Assembly: GCA_001642005.1 (NCBI GenBank)
Contig: LWCA01000054.1
Span: 2,116 to 66,115, forward strand
Source: Intoshia linei
Taxonomy: Eukaryota > Animalia > Orthonectida
Reading direction: 5' to 3'
Length of the DNA stretch: 64,000 bases
How positions within the stretch are numbered: position 1 is the first letter of the stretch; each line of letters starts with the position of its first letter. The notes below the pieces were generated by a model. The model made no database searches, was not told the origin of the DNA, and was given only the letters and a program-made list of their open reading frames with translations. Below, piece by piece: positions 23,401 through 36,258 of the stretch. The translations under genes and the position numbers were made by a program.

Positions 23401-26229
23401 TTGTCCAATTAATTGCAAAAAATGCGAGAGCAAATCATCGTGTCGAGAATGTATAAAATATGGGATGAATTTTATTGAAACAAAAAATAAGTGTATAGGT
23501 AATATTTATCTTTATTAATATTAGCAATCTTGATTAGAATGCAGTCCAAATTGCAAAGAGTGTTACAACGATGAAAAATGTCTAATTTGTGATGATTATT
23601 CTTATCAAGATTTTACACAAATTGATTCTGTTTGTTTAGGTATGTTTAAGACATATACTTATATATTTGTATATCCTTACTTATATAGTATGCCACGCAA
23701 TATTTGTTTGTGTGTGTGTTCCAGTTTATTTCAAAACTACAAGTCTTAGAATTTTATAAAGTCCACATTTCAATTACAGTGTTTTCCGAAGGATTGATAA
23801 TAGTGAATCGTAGGATTTTTAAGATTCATTTTCAAAGTGAATTTATTTTTTTGGTATAATAAAAATGTGCCTCCGGCAGAGTTAGGTGCTATTTCCACAT
23901 AACAGTCAACCTAGTTACATATATAGCGGTGTTTGCTATAAAGCAGGGCTGGGAAACTTTTTGTACTATCGACGTTATTTTTTTAAAGATTTTATAGATT
24001 CATTTAATAAATTCTGGGATACCGGTTTAGTAAATAAATGGTTACACAAACACAAATACATTTTTAGAAACTTTTACGTTACATGAATAAGGATGTGATA
24101 TCTGATTTAGAGATTGCTGATTAATCCCACCATTAATAAAATTTAATAAAAAATAGCTTCAAAGAAAAATTGACTTTTACCGATATTTTTTTGAAAAATC
24201 CGATTTGATTAAATTTTATCAGCAACAACTTCGTCATCCAAAACCCTAAATAAAAAGTCCAATTTTACCAACCTAAATTAAGGGAAAAATCACCTTTTTC
24301 TAATATTTTTTTTCAAACATCCGATTTGACCAAATCTTATGAACAACTTTGTAATCCAAAACCCTAAATAAAAAATCCAATTTACCAACCTAAATTAAGG
24401 CAAAATCCACTTTTTTAAATAATTTTTCGAAAAATCCAATTTATCAACCTAAATTAACGAAAAATCACCTTTTTCTATTATTTTTTTAAAAAACATGATT
24501 TACCAAATCTTATGAGAAAAAACCTTTAATTTTGTCATAAATGTTATATATTTCATGTTTCCTTTGGGGTCCAAAAACATAAACGTTTTGAAATGGGGGT
24601 CCATACACTATTTGAATCGGTAACCACTGATCTAGATGCTTATTTATTTAGATACTTTCAATGGGACCCCGTGTCGCGTACTGTTAATTAACGAATTTTT
24701 TTCTTTCTCACAAAAAATGAATAAAAATGCATAATTAATGTCTACTCTCCATTTCAACATTTTACCACGAGATAGCCATTACAGCCAGAATATTAAATTG
24801 TAGTGTATTAATTTTATTTGCATTACTAAAAAAAATTTATCTTAAAATGTCAAAATTTCAAAGAACCACAAATTTTTCAAACCCCAATGCTGCGCGCATT
24901 CCGTTTGAGATCCACTGGTCTAATAATTAAAAATTTAGCTTGTAAAAGTAAAATTGATCATTGCAATAAATGCTTTGTTAAGGATAATAATTTACTTTGT
25001 ACCGAGTGCGAGAAAGGATTTACCACGAGAGATGATTTTAGAAGTTGTACTAGTAATTTTGAACTACTTAATTGAAAATTTTAAAAGTATTAATTTTACA
25101 ATTTTATATTTCAGAATGTGAAGTGAGTTGTAATTCGTGCATTGATAGGCCATCAATTTGTTTAGAATGTCAAAAACATTACTTTCTGAGTTTGGATAAA
25201 TCGTATTGTGGATACAAGCAATGCTATGAATGTAATTTCGAAAAAGATGACAACTGCAATATACCCTTAAAAAACCAAACATTGAATGGATGTTTGCATG
25301 ATTGCTCGGTATACCTTTATATAGACATTTCTAAAATTTGATTCTCTCTGAAAAAGTATAGAATTAACAATTACAGTTTATTAAAAATTAAGAAATGGCG
25401 TTACGAACATAAACTCTTGTACTTTATGTTACGAATAAAACAATTAACTAATTTAATATTTATCTAACCCTAATCACTTTTTAAAGACTCTTGACTTGAC
25501 ATTTTGACTTTAAAACGTAAAATAATCGATATTCAAGAGTAGATATTTTTTTAATGTTCAATTTGAAAAAAGGAGGGGGCTTTTTACAAAAGTTTAATCG
25601 AGAACTCGTACAGAAAGGTCTCGGAGTACGGTAGATTCGGCACTGCAAAAATTACCACTAAAAATATGAATAATAAAATTTCTATGAAAATACAGAAACT
25701 ATAATACCCTTTTCTGGAGCCTCAACGAAATTATTGTATGATGGGTCTCATTTTCTCAAATTTCATAAATTATATTTTAATTAATAAATTTATAGTTTAA
25801 ATTCTAAAATGTTGAACTATCTTCTTGACCGGAAGAATCAAATTTCTGAGAATTAAATTCATGATATTTTTTTCACAATTTATTGACATTGTTCGAGTTT
25901 TTGTGTGCAAAATTTAAAAAATTAGAATTATGAAATTATGTATTCGTCCATTTTTAGACGAAATCAATACTGGGCAATGTTGTTGAAAGATCATGCAGCA
26001 CGTTTGATTGTACTGCAATTAACCTAAACGTATGCGAATTTAAAAATGAGGTAATGAAGGATTGATAAAAATAACCGAGTTTTAGATGTGTGAGCACTGT
26101 TGCAGTTCACATAAATGCAATAATATGATTTCATCAGCAATGCATTTAAACGGGATTTACACTGCGAATTTTAACATTTTATTTATAGAATTAATAATAA
26201 TAAGTATATTTTTATTTAAGTGTGATTAA
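11418..26229 (+). CDS. Large Cys-rich cell-surface protein: signal peptide, ~33 furin-like/VSP-like CxxC repeats, Ly6/uPAR (three-finger) domain, hydrophobic GPI-like tail; ~37 exons
   Basis: Exon 1 (11418-11484) is MDKIIFFNLIFLLILNNICVCD. Exon starts traced at about 11525, 11672, 11760, 11870, 12002, 12161, 12322, 12652, 12773, 13259, 13399, 13544, 15301, 15612, 15772, 16319, 16823, 16965, 17084, 17617, 17791, 19046, 19195, 19649, 20990, 21255, 21828, 22719, 23091, 23239, 23400, 23538, 24939, 25115, 25958 and 26086. All use GT-AG and stay in frame (e.g. CPENCQVCQNSISCVRCKTNYVW). The protein ends CCSSHKCNN..FNILFIELIIISIFLFKCD*. Confidence 0.88.
14550..15260 (-). mobile_element. Helitron internal fragment in an intron of the Cys-rich gene
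   Basis: Shares ATCAATCCTTTAAAGGAGTGGTTCCC, AAAAATTGTCAT and GAAGGAATGAATTATATAGATTTTCACCCAT with the 7353 and 44944 copies. Boundaries are approximate. Confidence 0.7.
18225..18493 (+). mobile_element. Helitron 3' fragment
   Basis: Ends GTACGTAGTACATAACTGTCAACCTAG|T, a hairpin followed by CTAG. Confidence 0.75.
20054..20733. mobile_element. Long-TIR (foldback-like) MITE, superfamily uncertain (Mutator/Merlin-like)
   Basis: Imperfect inverted termini of ~60 bp (GGCGAACATTC..GAGCGATGTATTGTT..AACAACATAATCAT and ATGATTATGTTGTT..AACAATACATCGCTC..GAATGGACGTC). It has an 8-bp direct flank TCTTTTTT and internal inverted subrepeats (CCCTACCAAA). Confidence 0.7.
21386..21661. mobile_element. hAT-like MITE (CAGAGTCGAACCTAC family)
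   Basis: Ends are CAGAGTCAAACCTAG and GGTAGGTCGTTGCTG, with a degenerate 8-bp flank (CTAATTGT/ATAATAGT). Related ends occur at ~17280, 25640, 39250, 44682 and 52740. Confidence 0.55.
23674..23914 (+). mobile_element. 241-bp mini-Helitron (internally deleted, both termini retained)
   Basis: A|TCCTTACTTATATAG..TTTGTTTGTGTGTGTG....ATAACAGTCAACCTAG|T. Confidence 0.85.
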
Positions 26230-27238
26230 ATTTAATAATTACTACAATATTCATTATGGCTTATGTATCATTAATACAGTATGTATATTATCAATAAATT
26301 TCATTAATATTGGTGTTTATCCAAATGTTCATTTCATATTATACATAATATTTATCGCAACATAATTAGTGTCAAAGTAGATCTACCAAATACATATAGT
26401 ATGGATTGGAGTTAATCCAATTAATTTATTTTATTTCTCAATTGTAACAATACAAACAAATATCAGTTAAAATTAATATATTTCGATATTATCATTACAT
26501 TTTTAAGTTTGCCGCACATTGTATTATTTCTGTAAAGGTCAAATTAATTTATAACGTTATTCATCATATTCAGCGTGATATGTTTATTTAATATTGGTTT
26601 TAAAAATGTTCAAATACATTAAATACAAGTAATATTGCCTTTTGATTTGTAAAACAATTTATTTAAAACCGCCTTCATTGATTAATGTTGTTATTATACT
26701 TTATAATTGAATTTAATGGACACGCCTTTAAGTAAACTAATTGAACATTTTGACGATGAATTCATAAAATAAAATTTTATTTTATAATCACATCAAAATT
26801 AAAAGACATAAAAATGGAAATTGGCATGCAAGTAAATGGAATTAATTCACCTTTTAATTCATTTTTATTCTAAAAAATAGTCAATTCGTCAAACATTTCA
26901 ATGAAACATATTCAAAAAAGCTGGGTGGTTTTATCTAAACGAACATATATTAAAATTTTATTTAGTTTTAAATAGTTAGTATAATTACAATGCTGGTTTT
27001 TTTAACTTAAAATTTAATTGACTTTTTGTATTTTAGAATAATTAACAGTCCAATATTAAAAGTTAATCAGGAATTTACAAGGAAAAACTGTAATTTTAAG
27101 AAAAAAGGTTGTTTCGCACAAAAAAATAAAATATATGATATAGCTGATGCCGGTGATATAGTATATAGTTTATTTTCAATTTTATACTGGGAACTCAAAA
27201 TTTGCTGGGCACACTGGTTGAGAAACAATTCACTAGTG

Positions 27239-27692
27239 CAGAGGTGGGGAAGCATTTACTGTTCGAAGGCTACACTAACGTCTCTATAACATTAACAAGG
27301 CTGCACCTTTCTATATAGAATTTACACAAATACAGCAGTGCTTCATATGGGGGACTGGTCACCCCAAGGGGTGAATAATTTTAGTGAAGAATAATTAGGC
27401 GATGAATACGAAAATTTTAGATAATTAGGGTGAATGATAAATTTTTATCACATTTTATTCAATTTAAAAAATCCAATTATATCAAAATTTTAGATCAAAA
27501 AACCTTCTATCTGATCTCAAAAGAAAAAATTTAATTTTACCAACCCTTAAAAAAAGCCCATTTTTACCAATATTTTTCTGAAAAATCCCATTTTACAAAA
27601 ATTAATATTTTAAAAATAATAGAATAGATAAAATAATTTTAAATGAAAAATAATTCAAATTGTTCACAAGGAAGCACATTGCCTCACCTCTG
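27239..27692. mobile_element. hAT-type MITE
   Basis: TIRs CAGAGGTGGGGAA and TTGCCTCACCTCTG, with 8-bp flanks CACTAGTG/CACTATTG. Confidence 0.7.
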
Positions 27693-28228
27693 CACTATTG
27701 TATTAATTTACTTGTTTAGCATTATCTAATGATTGACCTTTATCGAAATCTAAAAAATTGAGTTATAATATAAAATTTTAATTTTTATAATTTTAAAAAT
27801 TTAGATTTGGTCCAGTATCACAAATTACTACATTATTGTATATCAATAGTAAATTTTAATTGTGAGAAAAAACTAACTTAAAAAAATTAAAAATTTATTA
27901 ACAATTCACAACATGCCAAAATTGATAAAAGATTTTAAATTTGAAATATTAATTACTAAAAATTACTATAAAGATTATAAAACATTTCATCAAATTTTGA
28001 AATCGATTATACTAGACTCATTTGGCGTCAGTAAATCTATTGAAGAAATTTACGCATGATGAAATGAACCAGACAACAACATTGAAATCAGCGGGATATA
28101 CTGACTAATTGACTTTATGATTTAAAAAAAGGATATTGACAACACGAGCGTAATTATAAATAAAATAATAAGGATCAACAAACTGTAAAATTATGGTTTA
28201 TTGACAAAAGATGAAAAGCTTAATACAG

Positions 28229-30504
28229 CTATTTTAACGGTAATTTTTGTTTTACATTTTTTAAAGCATTTTTAACAAAATTTGACCAATCTTTAGGTTT
28301 TCCTTTTATAATTTCCTCTAAAAATAAATTTGACATGAAAAGATAAATAAATTACTAAATTCAATAAAATCATGCATTTTTTCCCTCAACAATATACATG
28401 AATTTATTAGTGCGTCACACAACTGAGCCTATACAAATGGATGATGATTAGCATTTTTAATTAAAATTTATCTACTTTTTACCTCTTTAGAAAAAATTTG
28501 TAAAATTTTTTTACGTTTAACATTTATTAATTGTTTGTTTTTTGATTTTGTTTTTTCATTTATTGTAAATGTAATAAACAGAGAAGGGAAACAATCCTTA
28601 TCGGTGGAATTTGGTAGTCCCAATTGCCAATGTAGCTTTTTCAGTGGTATTCCAATTAAAAATTTCTGAAAAAATGAAAATATTAAAAAAATAGTACCAC
28701 ATCATCCATATCTATTATAAACAACCCAAGCGGGTTTATTGCAATGTAAACTGGATCGTCTTGAAAAGCACTGAGACCCATTTTAGGGTGTTCAATTTGA
28801 CCTCGGAAATACGCAGCGCTAAATTAATTACATTTAAAAAATGTAGATTATATTTAATGATAATTATACTCATTTTGTAAAGAAATAAATACCCATAAAA
28901 TGGCAATTTTCGACATTCATTTAAAAATGAAATGTAAGCTTCGTTCATTTTTAAAGTACTATCTAAATTCCCCCAATGTCGATATGCCAAACAGTAAGCT
29001 TCTTTCAGATGAAAATGAGGTTTATCAGTGGAACATGGGTTTAATGCTGGTTTGGCTCTATGAAAAGGAAAATATTTTGGGACTAATTTTCTATAAGTAA
29101 AATTAAAAGAAACAGTAGAGCAAAACTTGTAATTATCATTTGTTATGTTTTGGTCATATACTTTATTATTAATTAATAACGACAATCCGCACATATTATC
29201 ACATTCTTCTATCGAAATTGGGTATCTAGCATCGATAATGTTTTCAAATGATTCATAATACAATAATCTGTTTAAATTTATGTCTTCAATCTAAATTGGT
29301 ATGTTAAGAGAGTTTTAATTGATTTATCATCATTTTTAACCAAAATATACAGGGACTGTCACTTATACGAAATATGTTAATTTCAACATTTTTTTAGAAA
29401 TCAAATTAAATCTTTTCAGAGAAAAATAAAATTTACAAAAATTTAAATTCACGATTTCAAAATCTGAACCTTAGAGACAAAACCCAGAATTTGGTAAAAT
29501 TATCAAATGATTTCGATTGGAAAATAAATATTTAAGTATATTTTGAAGACAAAATTGTAATATCAAGTTAAATACATAAAGGATATTACATTTTCTTCTT
29601 TTTCTTTTGGAAAATAAATATTACGCTGTATCATCAAAATAGGTTCATCTGAAAATGTTAAAAAACTGATAATTATAATATACCTCTTTCTATTTCAGTA
29701 TCAGAGGCATCAGAATATAATTCTAAAAGTTCCTCCCAATAAGAACAATATTTGAATGGAATATGGTTAGGTTTTAATTGTAACTCTAATATATAATTAG
29801 ACTTTCGCAACATGTCAACTATGTAACTCGACGTTTCCAAAATTTTTGATCAACAACCAAGAAGGGATTTAAATTGTAAAATCGAAATTTGAAACTGAAA
29901 ATTTAGTACAATATTTACTATTTTTCTAAAAGATTTAGTTGTACATTAAATTATACAATCTTTTAGAAACGCTGAATTATTCAAAAAAGATTACCCAAAT
30001 AATCAGAAACTATCCACAATGAAAATAGTTGGCGTGCCATAAATAATGGCAAACCTTTCCTATTTATAGATTCTTCAAATAAATCTCCAGCATTCATATT
30101 TTCACCATCAACCAAATTCATTTTTATATAAGATTTATCCATAAAATAAACGACACACTGAACAACTAAATAAAAAAATAATTTAAAAATTTAAACTAAA
30201 TTGAAATTATTTAACCATTATTTTGATTCTTTTTTGAATTAATGTGATAAACGGGACCAGGAATATGAATGGTAGTATCGTCAAGAGCATAAGCCGTGTG
30301 ATCACATTCATTTTTTATAAAAGGTAATTTGTCAAAATTTTCTTTCGGTAAGATATTAGACCCTGAACATCTAATTCTGTTTTTTCTAGTGGCCAATTCA
30401 ATTTCAACGCCTTAAATTATATATACTTTTCATATAACATTTTTCATTAATAAACCTTCCGGATAAATTGTATTTTGAGAATTTTTCTTTTCTTTTTTAC
30501 TCAT
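28229..30504 (-). CDS. FRMD8: FERM domain-containing protein 8 (iTAP), ~10 exons
   Basis: Spliced product LFSLWIVSDYLELQLKPNHIPF..WEELLELY..DEPILMIQRNIYFPKEKE..LLYYESFENIIDARYP..CRKLPFYG..KILQIFSKEAQLCDALINSCI matches FRMD8/KRIT-like FERM motifs. The 3' end is less certain. Confidence 0.88.
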
Positions 30505-30951
30505 TTTTGTTGTATTGTATATTTAAAATATTGTTGGTATTTTTTATACCTACATGTTTCATGCGTATCTATGAGAATACAAATCAAGCATGCAACGGTA
30601 TCTGAGTATTATTTGGTAAATATTTCATTATAAAAATTTGATCATTAAATCGTTTTGAATGTATAACAATAAACTTATAAACATAATAAAGAAACAATTT
30701 TCTAAACCTAGACAGTTATCTGCATTATTAGATACATTGACTGAGATTTATTCCAACAAAACCAAGCTTACTACTGAATAAATTAATCATTAATGTAAAA
30801 TTTACATTGTAAATCGATGCATTGAACCAGCTGTAATGAGATGGGATACATGTACTACAATTGTATTGTATTTTTGTTTAAATTTTTAAAATAAAACATA
30901 TATAAGATAAATAGTTTATTACAAAGATAGAAAAGTCTTTTAAATAAATGA

Positions 30952-33900
30952 TCAATCGTCGTTTTCCAGAAGCATGGAATCCCAAATAGCCGAACTACCT
31001 CGTCTTAGAAATCTTGATTCGTTACTGGTATCAAACATGGTTACCAAGTTTGGTGTTTCAGCATAATAAAAGTTTTTTGGAATTCCACATTTTTCGTAAA
31101 TTTGATTTAGAAAAGAAGTTTTTAAATTTTTACCTAAAAATAATAATAATAAAATGTATTGTATAGCAGATTTTCTCAATCTTTTCACGTTGTAGACCTT
31201 CAATTTTTAATGTTTATAAAGTAAAGATAAATTCAGAAATATTTTTATGGGCGCATTGAAATTTGGGTTTATGGCGTAACAGTTGAAAAACATTATTAAA
31301 TCAAAATTCACCATGTGACATATGGTAATAAAAATTGACGGTTTTTAAAACAAAAACAAAAGGTTACACAATGTAACATTTTCCAAAAAAAGTAATTTTT
31401 TTGTCAATCACTAAATACATTCTATGGATGATTCGTATAATGTATAAAATCTTCATTTATTAATTATCTATATTAGTGTTTCCCTTAGAAGTTACGGGTA
31501 GTGTTGTGAAATTTACCAAAAATTTAACCTGTTTTTAAATAATGCAAGCATACGGGATTTTTAATTTTATAATTTCACCAATTTACTGTTTTTTAATTTT
31601 CCATTAAAATTTAATTTAAATCAAAATCACGCATAATAACGAAAATTTTAGTGAAATGTAGATGAAAACTGTTGTAAAATTGACAACAAATCAGCAATGA
31701 ACCAATCGTATAAAAATAAAAAAATTGGTCCAAGACAATGTCAAATATAAAAAATAGTGAAGATTAATTAAAAACATTATTTTCTTTCAATTTTTTTAAA
31801 AAACCGGTACATCAAGCATTTCAGGATTTAGTCAATTTTTTAGTTAGAAAAAACTTAGAAATCTAAAATTAACTTTTTGAACATGTAAGCTATCATTCCT
31901 TCACTTCCAAAAGAGTACAACCATTCCTACTCAATAGGGCAATAATTATAATGGTTTTAAAATATGAATGAATTAATTTTTAAAAACCCAATCTTCCTTT
32001 TTTTGAAAATAAAATTAAAATTTCAAAATAAATATTTAACATTTTTAAAAAATAACTCTAAAAAACTCTTAAAATGATAATAATACATTTATTATAATGT
32101 ACGCTTTTTAAATTTAAATTAAAAAAAAGTAAACCTTTGGCCCATATAGGTATAACTTTTTTAGGGTTACATTCGTCGTCCGTAGAACACGAAGTGTCTA
32201 AATCATTGATACCATAATTTTGGCTATTATCTAGTAACATTGGAGGATCCGGTAAGGTCATATCATAAGATTGAACTTCTTGCTCCACCTCCATTGCTGA
32301 TGGTATTGGTTGTATAACATTATCAACTTGTTTACGTTCTTCTTGTTCGATAAAACTACCAACTACAGTCTTTTCAGCTTTTGTTATAGTCACGTCAACT
32401 TTTTTAACATAGGTACTATTGGCATTATCATTAGACACAATCTGCTTTACATTATCAATCTTCACGTTTACAAGAGTATCTCGTTTTTGAGGTTCAGTTT
32501 CAACTTTAAAAGTTCTATCATCACAAGAAATTTTAACAGTGTCATTATTATTAATAACAAAATTTTGATCCAATGTACTTACATTAGAAAAATTTGCATC
32601 TTTATGAGATGCATCATAATTGTCAACATTCTTATTAAAAAGTTTGTTTTTAAAAAGACAAGCTTTTTTACGTTTTTCTTCATTTTCTAAATAAAGTTTA
32701 GCCAATTCATTTGCTTTTTTATTTTCATTTTCAATTTTTTTTCTTAAAACATTGGCTCGTTTAGTTTCTTCCCTAAGTCTCTTATTTTTAAATCCATCAT
32801 TTTTTACATTAGAATCAATTTCTTTCAATTTTTTCCGACTAGGTTCATTTATGCCAAATTTCGTCTTGAAATTGACAAGTGATGATACACTTGTAGACAT
32901 TTCCATTTTATCTGCAAAATTGTTACGAGAAATTCCAAATTTATTTAACGATTTTACTTTTGTTTTTCTCAATTCTAATGCTCTCAATCTACGTTCTTCT
33001 GCTTTAGTCATTCGTTCTTCTCGTAATCTGAAAATGTATATTATCATTTAGTTTATTTTTAAATATTCAATAACCTTTTTTTATCCTTTATAAATTCTGC
33101 GTGTTCTCTTTGTCTTTTGATTATGTTTTCGTTTGTAAGAATGTGCCTTTCTCGAATTTTCATTATTCCAGTCAATGAATTAAAATTTGCATTAATTTTG
33201 CTAGTTGAAGCACATCTACCATATTATTATTTTAAATAAACGACCCTTTCACTTTCATTCTTCTTGCATATCATATTATTTAAATTAAAATTTAGAAAAT
33301 TTTTATAAACTCACGCATTACATATTAAATTAATAATTCCCATCAATAATATAAAACTAATATAACAATTGTTCAAATTCACAGTTCAAATTAAAATGAA
33401 TATTTCAGACAGTGAAAATAAATAAATCACCTGCTTTTTAAATTCATGTCCGCCGTGGTTGATTTTTCAATTTTAAAAATATTGTTATCATTTTTCTTAG
33501 CTGTAGGTGCAAGTTCATTTCCCCAGGACATTGCATTTAGTAAAGGGGTAGATGTAGTTATACCACATTTTTTTTTAATTGACATGTTTGTTTGTTTTAC
33601 AGGTGATCTGTCGAAATAAATTATGTATATTTAATAATTGAAATTTACATGAATAATTTATGGTTCTGTTTTAATGGTGACATATATTCTTGATTGTCAT
33701 CTTCACATTCCTAATAAAAATTAATTTAGAGAAAAATATTTTGAAATTCAACTACAATAATTGTAATTGTAATCTATTGAAATAATATTCTGAAACCTCT
33801 GTATCAGTGGGGAATAAATTATTTTAAGTAAATAAATTTAATTTATTTTTAACCTAAAAAACAGATAGAATAATGTTATTTTTAATTTATAGAATCCATA

Positions 33901-36258
33901 ATTATTTTGTCCTCCACTGTAATAAACACAGTGATTTCGTGGAATCTTTAAAATTAGGCGTCTACTTAAATCCAACCATTTTTTTTAAAAATCAAAATTT
34001 ACCAACCCTAAAAGGAAAAATCTCACATTTACCGAATTTCAGAGTATCCCATAAATACTCAGATTCGTAAACAAAACAAAATTCTTAAATTGAAGGATTA
34101 TAGATAAACCGATGTTATAACCACTTTATTACTTACTTAATCAAACTAATGATAAAACAAATAAAACTAAAATTAATTTATTCATTATGAATAATAATTT
34201 ACTCATTTCTTTCCTTACAATACGTGATATTTGATTTATTACATGTTTTTAGTAGTCTTCCTCGCTTTGTAAGTATTTTCAAGGGTAAATGAATGAGATC
34301 TAACCTTTTTTCATGAAGGACATGTAAAACGTAGTATCATTTTTTTCTTAGAAAACATTTTACCGCTACACTTAATCAACTTATAATCAATAATTGGAAT
34401 AAAAAAAATAAATTTTAACAAACGTATAATTTTTAAGAAATTTTTTGAATTTACATGAATTTGTTGAATCAGATATTGTTTTGTTTTTCAATATTAAATA
34501 AAACGAAGGCGTGACTTTATCAGATTGAAATTTTTTCTGTGTGTTAACATGATATAACTGTATCATCTGTAATTTTTTTTAAAATTGTAGGACCATTTTC
34601 ATTTTTTAAAAAAATGGTAATCTGGGGTTTTGGCCGTGAAGAGATCAGATTTTGATATTAAAAATTATCATAACATTGATAAATTAAAAACTTTTTATTA
34701 GCATGTGTATTTTTTATAATTCTAGGATGGTTTGAATTTAAAAACAAAGGACTATTGGGGTTTTTGACCTTCAAAGAGTAAATTTCTGAAAATGAAATTT
34801 GCGGTAAAACTGTTATAAAAATATGGAATTTATAAAACTCGACTCATCTTACTTTCTTAAATAAAAAACTTTACTTTACTTTATTAAACTGGAAAAAACA
34901 AAAAATATATTTTTAACCATTTTACTCTATACAAAATATAATTTTATATTTTGTATTTATATTTTTGTATAAGTAAAGATAATATCATACATACATTTAG
35001 TGGTTTAAATATTCTATAATAATATGCAGTTATGGATTTTCACTTAAGGGTTTGTAAATTTTGATTATTAGTAAAAATGGTTGATTTATTCTCATTAAAA
35101 TTTAACGAATATAAATCAATTATAAAATAAGATTACATTTAAGGTTTTTATTTTTTTAAAAGGTATCTCCTCTATTTCGTCCCTAAATCTATAATTATAT
35201 ATGATATTAATAAATCCATGAACAATAATTAATTTTTTATCAATAAACAATAAAGATGTTAAACAAAAATTTATAAAAGAGTCATAAAGTTCATAAAATT
35301 ACACACATAAATCGTAACGTAACAAAATTTCCAAATTTTTTATTGTGCCAATATAAAAGAAATCCAAACTAACATTCGGTTACCCATCAATTAAATTTAA
35401 TTCAAAATTAGCCAAAGGTCACTTTTGTTAACAATAAATACAATTCTACACATGAAAATATCGCCTACTGAGATCAGCTGAGATTCGTGACTTGCTATCA
35501 AAAGCACACCCATAAACTCTAATTATATATATGAAATTACAAGCATTCATTCAGGGTTGGTTCAGAATGTGCACGAGATTCATTTAAATTACAAACAAAG
35601 GTGTCGTAATTGAAGGATGGATTTAAAATACAATCGTCTTCGGAAAGTACCATACTATTTACCATTTCCTCATTATGCTCCACAATATTAGATTCATCGG
35701 AGGTATTTTCTATAGCTACCAAAGTTTTGTTAGTATTATTAGTAATTTCGTCCAGCCTACAAAAAAATTTGATCAAAATCTAGAAAGTCAAAAAAACCTG
35801 CTTTTCAAATTCATAATTGGAATTGGAGCAGTTTTAACGGAACTATAATTCATAATTAATAAGAAAAATTTTAAATTACACATTATAATAAGTTGTAATT
35901 ACCCATTAGAAGCCATTGAACAATTATATTGGCTCATGCTTCGTGTTATCGGACGATTAAAGCTACACAATTATTTAATGATAAATGTTAATAATACTTG
36001 GAAAATTTATATGCCCCAAGTCTAGATTTATTTCTCGATTTGGCTGATGGTGTTTTTGGAAGTAAACCGCGGCTATTTCTATTTTTTAATTAAATTTTAG
36101 GTAATGTACGCTTACAATTTAGAAGATTTAACTGCTTCATTGTAGGCCTCTTTCAGCCACAAAAAACGATATTTTTGTTGAGATATCCATTCTTTTTTAA
36201 AGTTGTCTGTTTTATCCGATATTATGTCTAAACCCAAGTCATATTTTGATTTAGCCAT
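30952..36258 (-). CDS. INCENP: Inner centromere protein (chromosomal passenger complex)
   Basis: N-terminal FLWLKEAYNEA..LLPKTPS, a charged helical middle, and the C-terminal IN-box NYGINDLDTSCSTDDECNPKKVIPIWAKG..TPNLVTMF..RFLRRGSSAIWDS. Confidence 0.92.

Noticed and set aside
11418-26229. Calling the Cys-rich gene a proprotein convertase (PCSK5/furin) or a receptor kinase
   Set aside because: No subtilisin, P or kinase domain is present. The repeats begin right after the signal peptide and the protein ends in a Ly6 domain and a short tail.
26700-28200. Possible extra gene between the Cys-rich gene and FRMD8
   Set aside because: Some exon-like patches exist (e.g. 27960-28100, minus strand), but I could not join them into a stop-free model.
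30975-31010. INCENP Aurora-B motif reads RRGSS instead of RTSS
   Set aside because: As I recall, a GSS variant also occurs in other invertebrate INCENPs such as C. elegans ICP-1, so it is not novel.
32310-33051. Plus-strand ORFs of 126 and 99 aa
   Set aside because: They are antisense shadows of the large INCENP exon.
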